The notes under the pieces are model-generated. The model ran no database searches. It worked only from the letters and a program-made list of their open reading frames with translations, and had not been told where the DNA came from. Position numbers and translations under genes: made by a program. Of a stretch of 64,000 nt of DNA, positions 20,847 to 30,711 are shown one piece after another (within the stretch, counting starts at the first letter, position 1; the number at the start of each line of letters is the position of its first letter). The DNA is from Waterburya sp. (GTDB lineage Bacteria > Cyanobacteriota > Cyanobacteriia > Cyanobacteriales > Xenococcaceae), in contig CBDCJV010000002.1 in assembly GCA_965217895.1 (NCBI GenBank), positions 2,560,001 through 2,624,000 on the forward strand, given 5' to 3'.

Positions 20847-22637
20847 ATGATTAGCATTTTAATTGTCGATGATCAAAAAAGTGTTCGCGCTAGACTTGAA
20901 TACTTAATAAATTCAGTTGCCGACTTTAAAGTGGCTGGCGTTGCCAAAAATGGTTTAGAGGCAATTTCTTGTGCTGCTAGCCTATATCCAGATATTATTT
21001 TGCTGGATATGGAAATGCCACAAATCGATGGTTTGACAGCAATTAGACTTATCTCGGCAGAATCTCCTGATAGCAGAATTTTGGTACTCAGCAGCCACGA
21101 TCAACCTGAATATGTAGCCGAATCTATGTCTGTCGGAGCGATGGGCTATTTATTAAAAGGAACTTGTGATCTAGAAATCGAACAGGCAATCAGGTTTGTT
21201 CATAAAGGTCATACTCACATGGGTGCAGGATTGTTTGCCAAAATGTTGCCTATGATGCAAACTAAGGAAAAATTTTTATTGCCAATTAGGGAAGAAGCTG
21301 CCAGTTCGTTGGCAATTATGGATCGCCCTCAGAAAATAACTTTTTATCAACCTAGTATTAATAGCAATACCGATACCAATATTAATACTGGTAGCAATGG
21401 GACAAAAAAACAAATATTAGCTTGGTTAATACTAATGTTAAGTCTGACTGCTGGTATTTACGGTATACGTCAGTGGCTCAGACAGCCTCTTCCTGCTTTG
21501 GGTTATACAGAGCAATCCGCTACTCTAGCAGACACGAAATTTACAGGTAAATTGCAGCCTGCTAAAACTTTTAAGATAGCTGCAATCAACCCTGGTGTAG
21601 TGGAAAACATTGAAGTACAGGTAGGGGACAAGGTAGAAGTTGGTCAAACTTTATTAACCCTCAAAAATTTAGCTGCGGTCGATCAAAAGAAACAGATCGT
21701 CCAAGAAAGGCAGTTAACTAAACAACAGCAACAAGAGGTACTTCAACAGCAGCAAAGTGCCAAACAAAAAATAATTGAGCTAGAGCAAAACATTAATCGC
21801 CTTAAGTATAGTTTAGTTCCCCTGCGGGCTAAAATTGCCGAAGCAAACCTAGATATGTCCCTAGCCAAAAGCCAAGCCGATCAGCTTCCTTTAGGTCAAA
21901 AACAGGATTCTGTACCCAGAACTAAAGCCATCTACCAACGCGCAAACGCCCGCTTCAATCGTCTTCAAAGTCTGCATAACCAGGGAGCGATCGCCCAAGA
22001 ACAGCTAGAACAAGCACAGGCAGATCTAGACGTAGCTAAAGTTGATTATGACATGGCGATCGCAGCCTCGGTTGCTAGTTCAAAACTAGAGCGTAGTCAA
22101 AAAGAACTATCTCACCTCCAAGAAAGGCTAGAGATTCAAGAACAGCAAGAGGCGATCGCCAATCTGGAAAAGCAAAAGCAAACTGCTAACTTAGAATATC
22201 AGCAGGCAACAGATAAATTGGCTTTGTTGAATCAACAGGCTAAACAGCTTAATGAGTATCAAGTTCCTGATGTTCGCAGGGTTGTTACAGCAACTGAAGC
22301 AGGAATTATTGCTGAGTTACCAGTTGCGGTAGGAGATCAAATCTATGCAGGTAATACTGTGGTTGGATTAGCTAAATTAGAACAGATCAGAGTCGCTGTG
22401 GCTGTTAATGCTCGCGTCATTAATGCTTTAGATGAACAGCAGGAGGCGTTGATTCAAATTGGATCGGGAGTGGCTGCACAGAAATTTGCAGGTAAGATTG
22501 CGACTATTAACCCCATACCCAACGAAAACTTGAATTACCTAGTGGAAGTGGAATTTGCCAACCCAACTCGCTCTTTGATTATTGGTCAATTAGCTCAAGT
22601 CCAATTTTTGCCGCAGACAGTTGCTGAAGGTAATTAA
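20847..22637 (+). CDS. NarL-type receiver domain fused to a HlyD/membrane-fusion protein
   Basis: ILIVDD, LLDMEMP, GYLLK; TM ILAWLILMLSLTAGIY; lipoyl half-motifs GVVENIEVQVGDKVEVGQ and GIIAELPVAVGDQI around a long coiled coil. Confidence 0.8.
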   Translation: MISILIVDDQKSVRARLEYLINSVADFKVAGVAKNGLEAISCAASLYPDIILLDMEMPQIDGLTAIRLISAESPDSRILVLSSHDQPEYVAESMSVGAMGYLLKGTCDLEIEQAIRFVHKGHTHMGAGLFAKMLPMMQTKEKFLLPIREEAASSLAIMDRPQKITFYQPSINSNTDTNINTGSNGTKKQILAWLILMLSLTAGIYGIRQWLRQPLPALGYTEQSATLADTKFTGKLQPAKTFKIAAINPGVVENIEVQVGDKVEVGQTLLTLKNLAAVDQKKQIVQERQLTKQQQQEVLQQQQSAKQKIIELEQNINRLKYSLVPLRAKIAEANLDMSLAKSQADQLPLGQKQDSVPRTKAIYQRANARFNRLQSLHNQGAIAQEQLEQAQADLDVAKVDYDMAIAASVASSKLERSQKELSHLQERLEIQEQQEAIANLEKQKQTANLEYQQATDKLALLNQQAKQLNEYQVPDVRRVVTATEAGIIAELPVAVGDQIYAGNTVVGLAKLEQIRVAVAVNARVINALDEQQEALIQIGSGVAAQKFAGKIATINPIPNENLNYLVEVEFANPTRSLIIGQLAQVQFLPQTVAEGN

Positions 22638-22719
22638 TTCCAATGCTCGAAAGTAACAATAAATTTAGTAGAGGTCAGAAGTCAGAAATAAAACTGCCCT
22701 AACTGCTCTAACTGTATAT

Positions 22720-24081
22720 TTACCAAGGATTACCAATAAGAGTAAATCCTGCCCAATAATAAGGGTGATCGAAATTTTGTGATTCAATTTCAGTAACGTT
22801 ATCAGGCAAATCTACCTCCACTTTTGAACCTCTGACTTTAGTTCCTTCGACAAAAACTTTCTTCTGCAACATATTTATTTGAGCCTGTCTTAAAGCTTCG
22901 GCTTTGATTGGGGTTGATTTTAGCTGTTGATAAAACTCACTCATCAAAACAACTGTTCCAGCATCATTGATATTCCACAAACTTGCTAAAGCCGATTTGA
23001 CTCCCGCCTGCATAGCTAATCCTGCAAAACCAAATTCAGCATCTTTATCCCCTAAAGCAGTTTCACAAGCACTAAGAACTAATAAATCTACTGGTGGCAG
23101 TTCTAATTTTAAATCAGCAAGCTGTTCTAAACTTAATTTGCGATCGCTAAACTGTATATATGAATACTCTGGTGAACCTGAGCTAAACCTGGAGTGGGAG
23201 GCAATATGAATAATATCAAAACCTCCTTGCTGATGAGCTTTTTTGAGATTTTGAATAGTAAATTTTTTGTTAATCACCTTTAGTCCAGGCCATAACTTAG
23301 GCACAATGGTATTTAGCTCTACTTCTACTCCTGGCAAAGATGGTAGATCCTTGAACTTTGACGCTCCCATTGCCAGAACCTTTTTATCTGTTTCGGGTTT
23401 ATAGCTGGTATCAGTCAGGTTAAATGCTGGAATAAGAGCCAGATTGTACTTTTCTATCACAAACTTTTCTCCGTCGTGAAGTGCAGCAAAAGGAAGAGAG
23501 CGCAAGCTAGAACCCGTACAAAGTAGTAAGGTATCAATTTTTTCTGCTTCTAAATATGGCTCTAAAGGTTTAAACAGCCATTGGTAAAGTATCCTCGCCG
23601 GGGGTAAATAGTCTAAGGATAGAGTATCGGTAATTTCTGTGTTTAATTCTTCAATTCTTAAAGTTAACCTGTCAAGTTTGGCAGCTCTAATTTCTTTATT
23701 TATAAACTGGCGTTCGGGAGTAATTAACATTAAGTGCAAGAAATCATCTTGAGGCATTATCCAAATAACTGCTGGTTTGATCCCCGTTGACTTGCTGATT
23801 TCATTTAAATGTCCAGCAATTTGCCAGGCAGAGCGAGAACTACTAGCAAAGTTGCGTTTAAAATAGCCTTCGTAATCGTTTTCCCATCTATTTTCTGCAT
23901 TGGCAATCATGTCAGAAAACGCTCCCAAATCTACCAAGTCTTTTGTTGGTGGCTTTTCCTCAGCAACAGTTTGAGATTTTAGTGGCTGGGCATTGGTAAG
24001 AATAATTGCGATCGCAATTAAGCCAAAAATTAAAAAATAGAACCATCTATGGCTTATCTTGATGAATATTTTTCGCAGCAT
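22720..24081 (-). CDS. CHAT (caspase-like) domain protein with N-terminal signal/TM
   Basis: LPFAAL, HIASH, LLVLSACETALG, SLW.I.D, HPYYWAGF.LIG. Confidence 0.9.
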   Translation of the reverse strand: MLRKIFIKISHRWFYFLIFGLIAIAIILTNAQPLKSQTVAEEKPPTKDLVDLGAFSDMIANAENRWENDYEGYFKRNFASSSRSAWQIAGHLNEISKSTGIKPAVIWIMPQDDFLHLMLITPERQFINKEIRAAKLDRLTLRIEELNTEITDTLSLDYLPPARILYQWLFKPLEPYLEAEKIDTLLLCTGSSLRSLPFAALHDGEKFVIEKYNLALIPAFNLTDTSYKPETDKKVLAMGASKFKDLPSLPGVEVELNTIVPKLWPGLKVINKKFTIQNLKKAHQQGGFDIIHIASHSRFSSGSPEYSYIQFSDRKLSLEQLADLKLELPPVDLLVLSACETALGDKDAEFGFAGLAMQAGVKSALASLWNINDAGTVVLMSEFYQQLKSTPIKAEALRQAQINMLQKKVFVEGTKVRGSKVEVDLPDNVTEIESQNFDHPYYWAGFTLIGNPW

Positions 24082-24250
24082 GATAGATACCCCTGGTTTA
24101 GCTTCAAACTATTACGCTACACGATTAACTATCAAATTTCTTAATAGATGTTAGTAAGGATCGGCAGAGTCAAGTCTGATTAAGTAATAATAAACTTACA
24201 ATAAATGATGAGCATTTCCCTAGTCCGACAATATTATAAAAGCGATCGCT

Positions 24251-25366
24251 ATGACATCTGTTAATACTCAAGTTCAAGCACCTTCTGACATGGATATGTC
24301 TAAAAGAGGTTTGCCCGTTACTATTATTACTGGTTTTCTAGGTAGCGGTAAAACCACATTACTTAACCACATTCTGACCAACCAAGCAGGAATTAAAACC
24401 GCAGTCTTAGTCAATGAATTTGGTGAAATTGGCATTGATAATGAGCTAATTGTTACTACCGATGAAAACATGGTCGAGTTGAATAATGGCTGTATCTGCT
24501 GCACTATTAACGAAGACCTAGTTAACGCCGTTTACAAAATACTCGAACGAGAAGAAAAAATTGATTACCTAGTAGTAGAGACAACTGGATTAGCCGATCC
24601 TCTACCTGTGGCGTTAACCTTTTTAGGAACAGAATTGCGGGACATGACTCGCCTTGATTCGATTGTGACTATGGTAGACTGCGCTAACTTTAGCTTAGAT
24701 CTATTTAATAGCGAAGCTGCACAAAGTCAGATTCAATATGGTGATGTGATTGTTCTGAATAAAACTGACTTGGTAGATGAGGCGGATGTAGATGCTTTAG
24801 AAGTCAGACTCAAAGATATGAAAAAAGATGCGCGTATTCTGCGTACTCAAAACTCTCAAGTATCTCTTCCTCTGATTTTGAGCGTTGGTTTGTTTGAGTC
24901 TGACAAATATTATGAACAGACTGAATCAGCAGAACACGATCACGATCATGACCATGAACACCACCACGATCACGATCATGAACACCACGATCATGACCAC
25001 CATCACGATCACAATCATGAAAATCACGAGCATTCCCATCATTTAGAAAATGACGGCTTTTCCTCCATGTCATTTCAGTTTGATAAACCCTTAGCAATTC
25101 GCAAATTTCAGTACTTTCTAGACAATCAGTTACCAGAAAATATTTTTCGCGCTAAAGGTATTTTGTGGTTTGATGAAAGTCCCAAACGCCATATTTTTCA
25201 CCTTAGCGGTAAGCGATTTACTTTAGAGGACGAAGAATGGCAAGGCGAAAAGAAAAATCGGCTAGTTCTAATTGGTCAAAACCTAGATGAAGAAACCCTC
25301 CGCCAACAAATTAATAATTGTGTATGCCTGCCAAAAAGCGATCGCGGTAAAGGCTTTGGAAAGTAA
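24251..25366 (+). CDS. CobW/COG0523 family GTPase (Zn metallochaperone-like) with His-rich linker
   Basis: GFLGSGKTT, NEFGE, GCICC, ETTG, NKTD, (HD)n tract. Confidence 0.93.
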   Translation: MTSVNTQVQAPSDMDMSKRGLPVTIITGFLGSGKTTLLNHILTNQAGIKTAVLVNEFGEIGIDNELIVTTDENMVELNNGCICCTINEDLVNAVYKILEREEKIDYLVVETTGLADPLPVALTFLGTELRDMTRLDSIVTMVDCANFSLDLFNSEAAQSQIQYGDVIVLNKTDLVDEADVDALEVRLKDMKKDARILRTQNSQVSLPLILSVGLFESDKYYEQTESAEHDHDHDHEHHHDHDHEHHDHDHHHDHNHENHEHSHHLENDGFSSMSFQFDKPLAIRKFQYFLDNQLPENIFRAKGILWFDESPKRHIFHLSGKRFTLEDEEWQGEKKNRLVLIGQNLDEETLRQQINNCVCLPKSDRGKGFGK

Positions 25367-25666
25367 TTAAATGCTTGTTGTTCTATACAACAAGTTAAAT
25401 CAATTTCTTTCTTCAGGATTGACTTAAACTATCTCATCGCACCGCCGAAAGCCAGCCCTGCGTCGGCGGTAAGAGGGCAAACCCCCTAAAGGGTTCAGCA
25501 GTTTGAGCTTATTTTCTATTTTAAAAAGCGACATAATCTATAAATTTATTAGAAAACTCTATTGTTGTTATTAAAGAAAATTTACAAAATAATACAAATC
25601 ACTATTGCAGAAGAGTGCGATCGCGCCAATTATAATCAATTAAATAAATTTAAAAATATTAGGATA

Positions 25667-27016
25667 CTATCTAAATTTAGCAACCTTAATGAATTTAGAA
25701 GCTGTAATTTTGAGATGTCCATCAAAACTTTCAACTGTATAAGACCTCGATTCTTTTTGAGTTGAACCGTCTAGCCAAATATAAGTGTTTTGTCCGATGA
25801 AACTGATTGAATTTTGGGTTTTTGAGGTTATACGTAAGTTTTCTACTGTTACTCTTTGAAATTGACTAAAGAAATTGGAGTTAAATTGATATGCCAATTG
25901 AGGATTGTACAATAATTCAGCTTCGGCAAAACTTTTTTGTGAGAGTAAATCATATAATCTTGTAATAATATTGATTGATTCGCTCTCATTAATATCTTCA
26001 TAACTTTCATTATTTATCGAAGAATTTTGAGATGAATAATTATTAACATCTTTATCGAGGTTATAGACTGTTGGTTCGCCAACTTCTCCACTTCCTACTT
26101 TTTCCTGCATTAAGCTGGCAAATTGTTCGGCTTTTGATTCATTAATAAAGGAAGCAACTTGAATCGAGTGAATTTGTTTTTGCTGGCGATATTTACGAAT
26201 CGCATCTTGGCAATAGTAACTACGAATTGTGCTTAAATTTTCTGGCGTGTCATCAACATAAACTGGATACCAAGTATTAGCACCACCAGGATCGTTATCA
26301 CCACAAGAATCTAAAGGAAAGTCATAATTATCAAAAGTTTTTTCTTGAAGTTGAGTAGATACCTTTGCTGAAGAATTAATTATCTTTTCTGTCTCTGGTA
26401 TATTATCTTGTTCAAAAGTCTCTGAAGTGATAGTGTCAGAAGTTTGTTGTTCGATATTGCTTGCTGTTTGATTTGCTATGTAACCATTTATCACTAAGCC
26501 TAAAAAAATAAAAAATCCGATTGTCCCACCAATAATCCAGGCTTTCCCTGATTCTTTAGAGTTATTAGATGGTGAAATAACTGGAGTAAAAACAGGAGTA
26601 ATAATATCAGAATTTTCTTCCTTATGATTTAAATTACCAACTTGGCTATTTCGATTACTTTCTATCTGTTTGTTAAGCTCAATTTTAGGCTCTACTGGAA
26701 TAGAGGTATCGATTATAGAAGCAGTATGTTGTACTTGTTTTTCTTGTTTGATTTCTCTGCGATCAACTAACTCATTATTATTTAAGATAAACTCGGACTT
26801 GAGAGATTCAAGTTCTTGCTGTTCTTGTTCGAGTTGTTCTATCTGACTTTTGGAACGTTTGAGCTTTTTAATTTCCCTTTCTAACTGTTTCTTTTGCTCG
26901 TTACGTTCAATTGGATCGGAAATATTAGCTTCTAATTCATTTAATTGCTGCTCTAGTAATTTAATATCTCTTTTTATTTTTAAAGCTGACATAATATATG
27001 AGTTTATTAAATTCAA
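25667..27016 (-). CDS. Hypothetical coiled-coil / single-TM protein with two extracytoplasmic domains (SPOR-like, NTF2-like)
   Basis: N-terminal heptads, TM WIIGGTIGFFIFLGLVINGYI, FPLDSCGD...IQVASF...AEQF segment; domain names are tentative. Confidence 0.7.
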   Translation of the reverse strand: MNLINSYIMSALKIKRDIKLLEQQLNELEANISDPIERNEQKKQLEREIKKLKRSKSQIEQLEQEQQELESLKSEFILNNNELVDRREIKQEKQVQHTASIIDTSIPVEPKIELNKQIESNRNSQVGNLNHKEENSDIITPVFTPVISPSNNSKESGKAWIIGGTIGFFIFLGLVINGYIANQTASNIEQQTSDTITSETFEQDNIPETEKIINSSAKVSTQLQEKTFDNYDFPLDSCGDNDPGGANTWYPVYVDDTPENLSTIRSYYCQDAIRKYRQQKQIHSIQVASFINESKAEQFASLMQEKVGSGEVGEPTVYNLDKDVNNYSSQNSSINNESYEDINESESINIITRLYDLLSQKSFAEAELLYNPQLAYQFNSNFFSQFQRVTVENLRITSKTQNSISFIGQNTYIWLDGSTQKESRSYTVESFDGHLKITASKFIKVAKFR

Positions 27017-27098
27017 AACTCTATTATCAGTATTTATCAGCTAGTTGAAAAGGATACAAATCACAGTCAGTAAAGATTGCGATCGCTTTACAAATTCC

Positions 27099-28493
27099 TT
27101 AATCTTTTTGAACGGCATAACATAAGCGTCCAATAGTAGAACCAGACTCATTCATGGAATTAAGAGTAATATTTTTTAGGCTATTCATAAAGTCAGATAA
27201 ATTACTGGTTTTTGAGCCATCACTACCACTATTTAGATTCCACTCACTCCACCAATCAGGTTTTTGTAAATCTTTAGCAGTTACATCAACTTTAAAATAG
27301 TAAATGTTAGATTCAGTCAGATTATTCGGGTTTATAGTTGTAACAAAATTAAGTTGATTATTATCAATTTGCCAATCTTTAAAATTTAAAGCTTTGGCAG
27401 CAGCAGGTGCTTGCTTGAACTGTTGTTTATTAAATTTATCAAATTCACTTACGTCTATGGCTACTTTCAAATCGTTAGGATCGGCTGATAAAGTATGATT
27501 GATTTGCTTTAAAGGTATTTGATATTTTACTTCCAAAGCATCAGCATTTTTATTCTTAATTTCTAATAATTCTATCGGTTGATTGTTCTTTTCTACAGAC
27601 ACATCTCCATTATTTAATAAGCTTGGTGCTGCTAAATCTGATGACAGGTTTAGAGGCGAATTGAGATAGGATACATCGGCAACTAAATTATGTGGTGAAA
27701 AAATTAAAAATTTACTGCGATCGCTCAAGTTTCCTTCTTCTTTGGCTAACTTATCAAAGTAATTCGTAATATCTTGATAGTCGCCGAGAAATAATATGTA
27801 AAATGGTCGATACTGCTTGCTTGTTTTTCCGACCGTATTGTAATTAAACTTTTTATTGGCATCACTGGCAGAATAAACAGTACCATTAAATTCGCTTTTT
27901 ACTGCCCAAATACCTACAGCATAGTTGTTATCTTGACTATTAAAATAATTCTCTTTAATTTTGTTAGCAATTAAATTAACATCACCATCATTTTGTTCTA
28001 AATCTGTAATGATTACCGTCAGGCGATCGCTATTTTTTGGTTTAGTAATCAGAGAACCTAAATCGCTAGAAACAGCAGGGAAAGTAGAATTTGTTCCATC
28101 ATAAAAATCTGACTTGTTAGCTTTACGAAATTCTGAACGAGTTAGTCCTTTAGCTTGATGTTGATAATCTCCAGAACGATAATATTTAACAGTAGATGGA
28201 GAACGCCTACTACTTAAATTTAGAGTACTATCTAATAATTTTAATGCTTGGATATAAGAGCTATTTTCTTGATTTATATAGCCCAACATTGATCCAGAAC
28301 CGTCAATATTAACATCGATAGCTAATGGATTTGTAAGTTCAGCCTGTTGGTCTTTTTGCTCTAATTCACAATGTAAATTAGCATAATCTCCATTGACTGG
28401 CGTTCCTTCTGGCTCTCCTTTAGCAACTGCAACACAGCCAGACAACATACCTACAATAGCCAAATAACTAATATTTCTTTTAAATAAAAACAT
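27099..28493 (-). CDS. Lipoprotein with vWA-like domain
   Basis: Lipobox LSGC (Cys20), MIDAS-like IDGSGSM and VIITD. Confidence 0.75.
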   Translation of the reverse strand: MFLFKRNISYLAIVGMLSGCVAVAKGEPEGTPVNGDYANLHCELEQKDQQAELTNPLAIDVNIDGSGSMLGYINQENSSYIQALKLLDSTLNLSSRRSPSTVKYYRSGDYQHQAKGLTRSEFRKANKSDFYDGTNSTFPAVSSDLGSLITKPKNSDRLTVIITDLEQNDGDVNLIANKIKENYFNSQDNNYAVGIWAVKSEFNGTVYSASDANKKFNYNTVGKTSKQYRPFYILFLGDYQDITNYFDKLAKEEGNLSDRSKFLIFSPHNLVADVSYLNSPLNLSSDLAAPSLLNNGDVSVEKNNQPIELLEIKNKNADALEVKYQIPLKQINHTLSADPNDLKVAIDVSEFDKFNKQQFKQAPAAAKALNFKDWQIDNNQLNFVTTINPNNLTESNIYYFKVDVTAKDLQKPDWWSEWNLNSGSDGSKTSNLSDFMNSLKNITLNSMNESGSTIGRLCYAVQKD

Positions 28494-28628
28494 ACTTGTA
28501 GTTAAAAATAAGTTTTAGCAGTTTAGCTAAATTTCAGGGTAAATACCCATAAACATGATGTTTTCAATCAAAAATTTATGAGTTAAATTGTAATTAACTA
28601 ATATTTATTATGACAATAAGCTAAATAT

Positions 28629-29099
28629 ATGAAATCAGGAGAAATAACTAGACTAATAATCTGTTTGATTATTGGTGCGTTAATAATTTTTCTCGGACAG
28701 CCAAAACTTTATGATTTAAGAATAGTTAGAATTACTGATATCCCCGATCTTAAAGAATGGATTGGTAGCTACTATATGAATCAAGCTGCTATTGTTTTTG
28801 TAATCTCTTTAATTTCGGTAATTTTTTGGTCTATTTCTGCTGTTCGCTCAAAAGCTAACGGCAGTGAATTAAAAACCTGGCAAGGCGTTTGGTATGCACT
28901 TTTATTTGTTAACGTTTTGAGTATTTTTATTGCTATTTATCTGAATAAGGTCAGTGATGATGCCCTACTTTCATCAATATTTTTCTTACTATTTGATGTG
29001 ATTTGGGTTTTTTGGCTAGGAACAGCTTTAAGTTCACCTAATTTATTTATGTATTTACCCCCAGGTTCGGGAACAATACGCCGAGTTTTTGGAGATTAA
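28629..29099 (+). CDS. Hypothetical 4-TM membrane protein
   Basis: Four hydrophobic segments; stop codon 4 bp before the next ATG. Confidence 0.75.
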   Translation: MKSGEITRLIICLIIGALIIFLGQPKLYDLRIVRITDIPDLKEWIGSYYMNQAAIVFVISLISVIFWSISAVRSKANGSELKTWQGVWYALLFVNVLSIFIAIYLNKVSDDALLSSIFFLLFDVIWVFWLGTALSSPNLFMYLPPGSGTIRRVFGD

Positions 29100-29103
29100 A
29101 TTA

Positions 29104-30591
29104 ATGACTATATATCTAGTTGGTATTGGTGGCAGTGGGGCAAAATGTGTAGAGTCAGTAGTGCATTTAGCATCAGTAGGATTGTTTCCTCAAGAGCCAA
29201 TCAAAGTATTATTTGTCGATGCCGACGAAAGTAACGGCAATGTTGAAAGAGCGAGAAATAGTTTAAATATTCAAACTGAATGCCAGCGAATATTATCGGC
29301 AATTGATAAACAACAGTGTCCTTGGATGCAGACATCAATTAAATCTTTCGATCTCTGGTCGCCATTTGCCAAAAATAGTTTAAATAAAGAATTAAGTGCG
29401 TTTTTTAATTACAACAACATTAAACAAAGTGAGCCAGCCTTAGCTAATCTCTTTGATGTTCTCTATACAGACACAGAAAAACAAGAAAATTTAGATGTAG
29501 GTTTTCGTGGTAGACCTGCTATCGGTGCTGCGGTGATGAGTCAAGTAGACCTCAATCGCCTAGATGAAGAACCCTGGGGGACTTTTATCGAACAAATTAG
29601 AGCCGATGTCAACGAAGGTAAACAACCAAAAGTGTTGCTGTGTGGCTCGATCTTTGGCGGTACTGGGGCATCGGGACTACCTACTATTGCTCGCTTGATT
29701 GCTAATAAATTAAACGAGATTAAGATTAGAGAACGAGTCAAGATTGGTTCTGTTTTTATTCTGCCTTATTTTGGCTTTACTGCTCCTGCGGGAGAAAGTG
29801 AAAACGGCATTTATGCTCAGTCGGATAAGTTTTTGCTCAACACAGAAGCAGCACTGCGTTACTATGTCACCCAAGCTCAAGGCATTTTTGATACCGTCTA
29901 TTTATTAGGCAACGAGAATTTAGCTAGGGTTAACTTTAGCATTGGTAAAAATACCCAGTGCAATCAGCCTCATTTTATTGAATTATATGCTGGTCTGGCT
30001 GCCAGACATTTCTTAACGGAAACTCATCCCCAAGAAGAAACAATTGTCTTGTTATCTCGTTCACGTTCGCAATATATCAACTGGGATGACATTCCCGATG
30101 GCAATAATGTCCAAAAGATTTTAGGCAGTACCACTAGATTTGCTTATACCTGGCTGGCAGAAATTGCTCCAGAATTAACCAATGCTAAACAAGAAGGATT
30201 TAAAAGCTACATTAGGTTCGCTCCTTGGATGAGTAGATTTTACGATACCGATCCTAAAAAACCGCTTCAGTTTGACAGCAGCCAGCAGCAAAATGCGATC
30301 GTCATAATAAACAACTGGTGCAAAGACTATTTACGCTGGTTACAAGAAATTCATCAATGCGAAAGCGACAGAATTGAACTATTTAAACACAGCATTTTTG
30401 CCCAAGTCGATCAGCTTCAGGGAACTAAATTACAAGATTTGATCCTGGGAGATAACCGCGATGCCAAAACCAGACAACGCAACGATGAACCAACCAGAAT
30501 TAAAAATAATCTTCATCCCAAAAATATTCAAGGCAATAATAACGGCACGGTGGGATTAGCTCAAGCTGTATATCAGGCTTGTCAGCTTTAG
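29104..30591 (+). CDS. Divergent tubulin/FtsZ-like GTPase (Tubulin_2 / FtsZ-like)
   Basis: GIGGSG, FVDAD, GFRGRPAIG, signature GSIFGGTGASG, LPYF, DTVYLLGN; GGAG RBS at 29091. Confidence 0.85.
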   Translation: MTIYLVGIGGSGAKCVESVVHLASVGLFPQEPIKVLFVDADESNGNVERARNSLNIQTECQRILSAIDKQQCPWMQTSIKSFDLWSPFAKNSLNKELSAFFNYNNIKQSEPALANLFDVLYTDTEKQENLDVGFRGRPAIGAAVMSQVDLNRLDEEPWGTFIEQIRADVNEGKQPKVLLCGSIFGGTGASGLPTIARLIANKLNEIKIRERVKIGSVFILPYFGFTAPAGESENGIYAQSDKFLLNTEAALRYYVTQAQGIFDTVYLLGNENLARVNFSIGKNTQCNQPHFIELYAGLAARHFLTETHPQEETIVLLSRSRSQYINWDDIPDGNNVQKILGSTTRFAYTWLAEIAPELTNAKQEGFKSYIRFAPWMSRFYDTDPKKPLQFDSSQQQNAIVIINNWCKDYLRWLQEIHQCESDRIELFKHSIFAQVDQLQGTKLQDLILGDNRDAKTRQRNDEPTRIKNNLHPKNIQGNNNGTVGLAQAVYQACQL

Positions 30592-30660
30592 TAGGGGCGA
30601 TTCGCGAATCGCCCCTACGATTTTCAACTTCTGTACGGGCGAACGGCCGTTCGCCCCTAC
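30591..30660. repeat. Two tandem GTAG-type REP palindromes
   Basis: GTAGGGGCGATTCGCGAATCGCCCCTAC (30591-30618) and GTACGGGCGAACGGCCGTTCGCCCCTAC (30633-30660). Confidence 0.85.
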
Positions 30661-30711
30661 GACTTTTGACTTTTGATGTTATGCCCTTGTGGTGCTTTTA
30701 ACTTAAAAACT

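Noticed and set aside
24930..25045. CACGATCATGAC-type tandem repeats resembling an array
   Set aside because: They encode the His/Asp linker of CobW; there are no unique spacers, so not CRISPR
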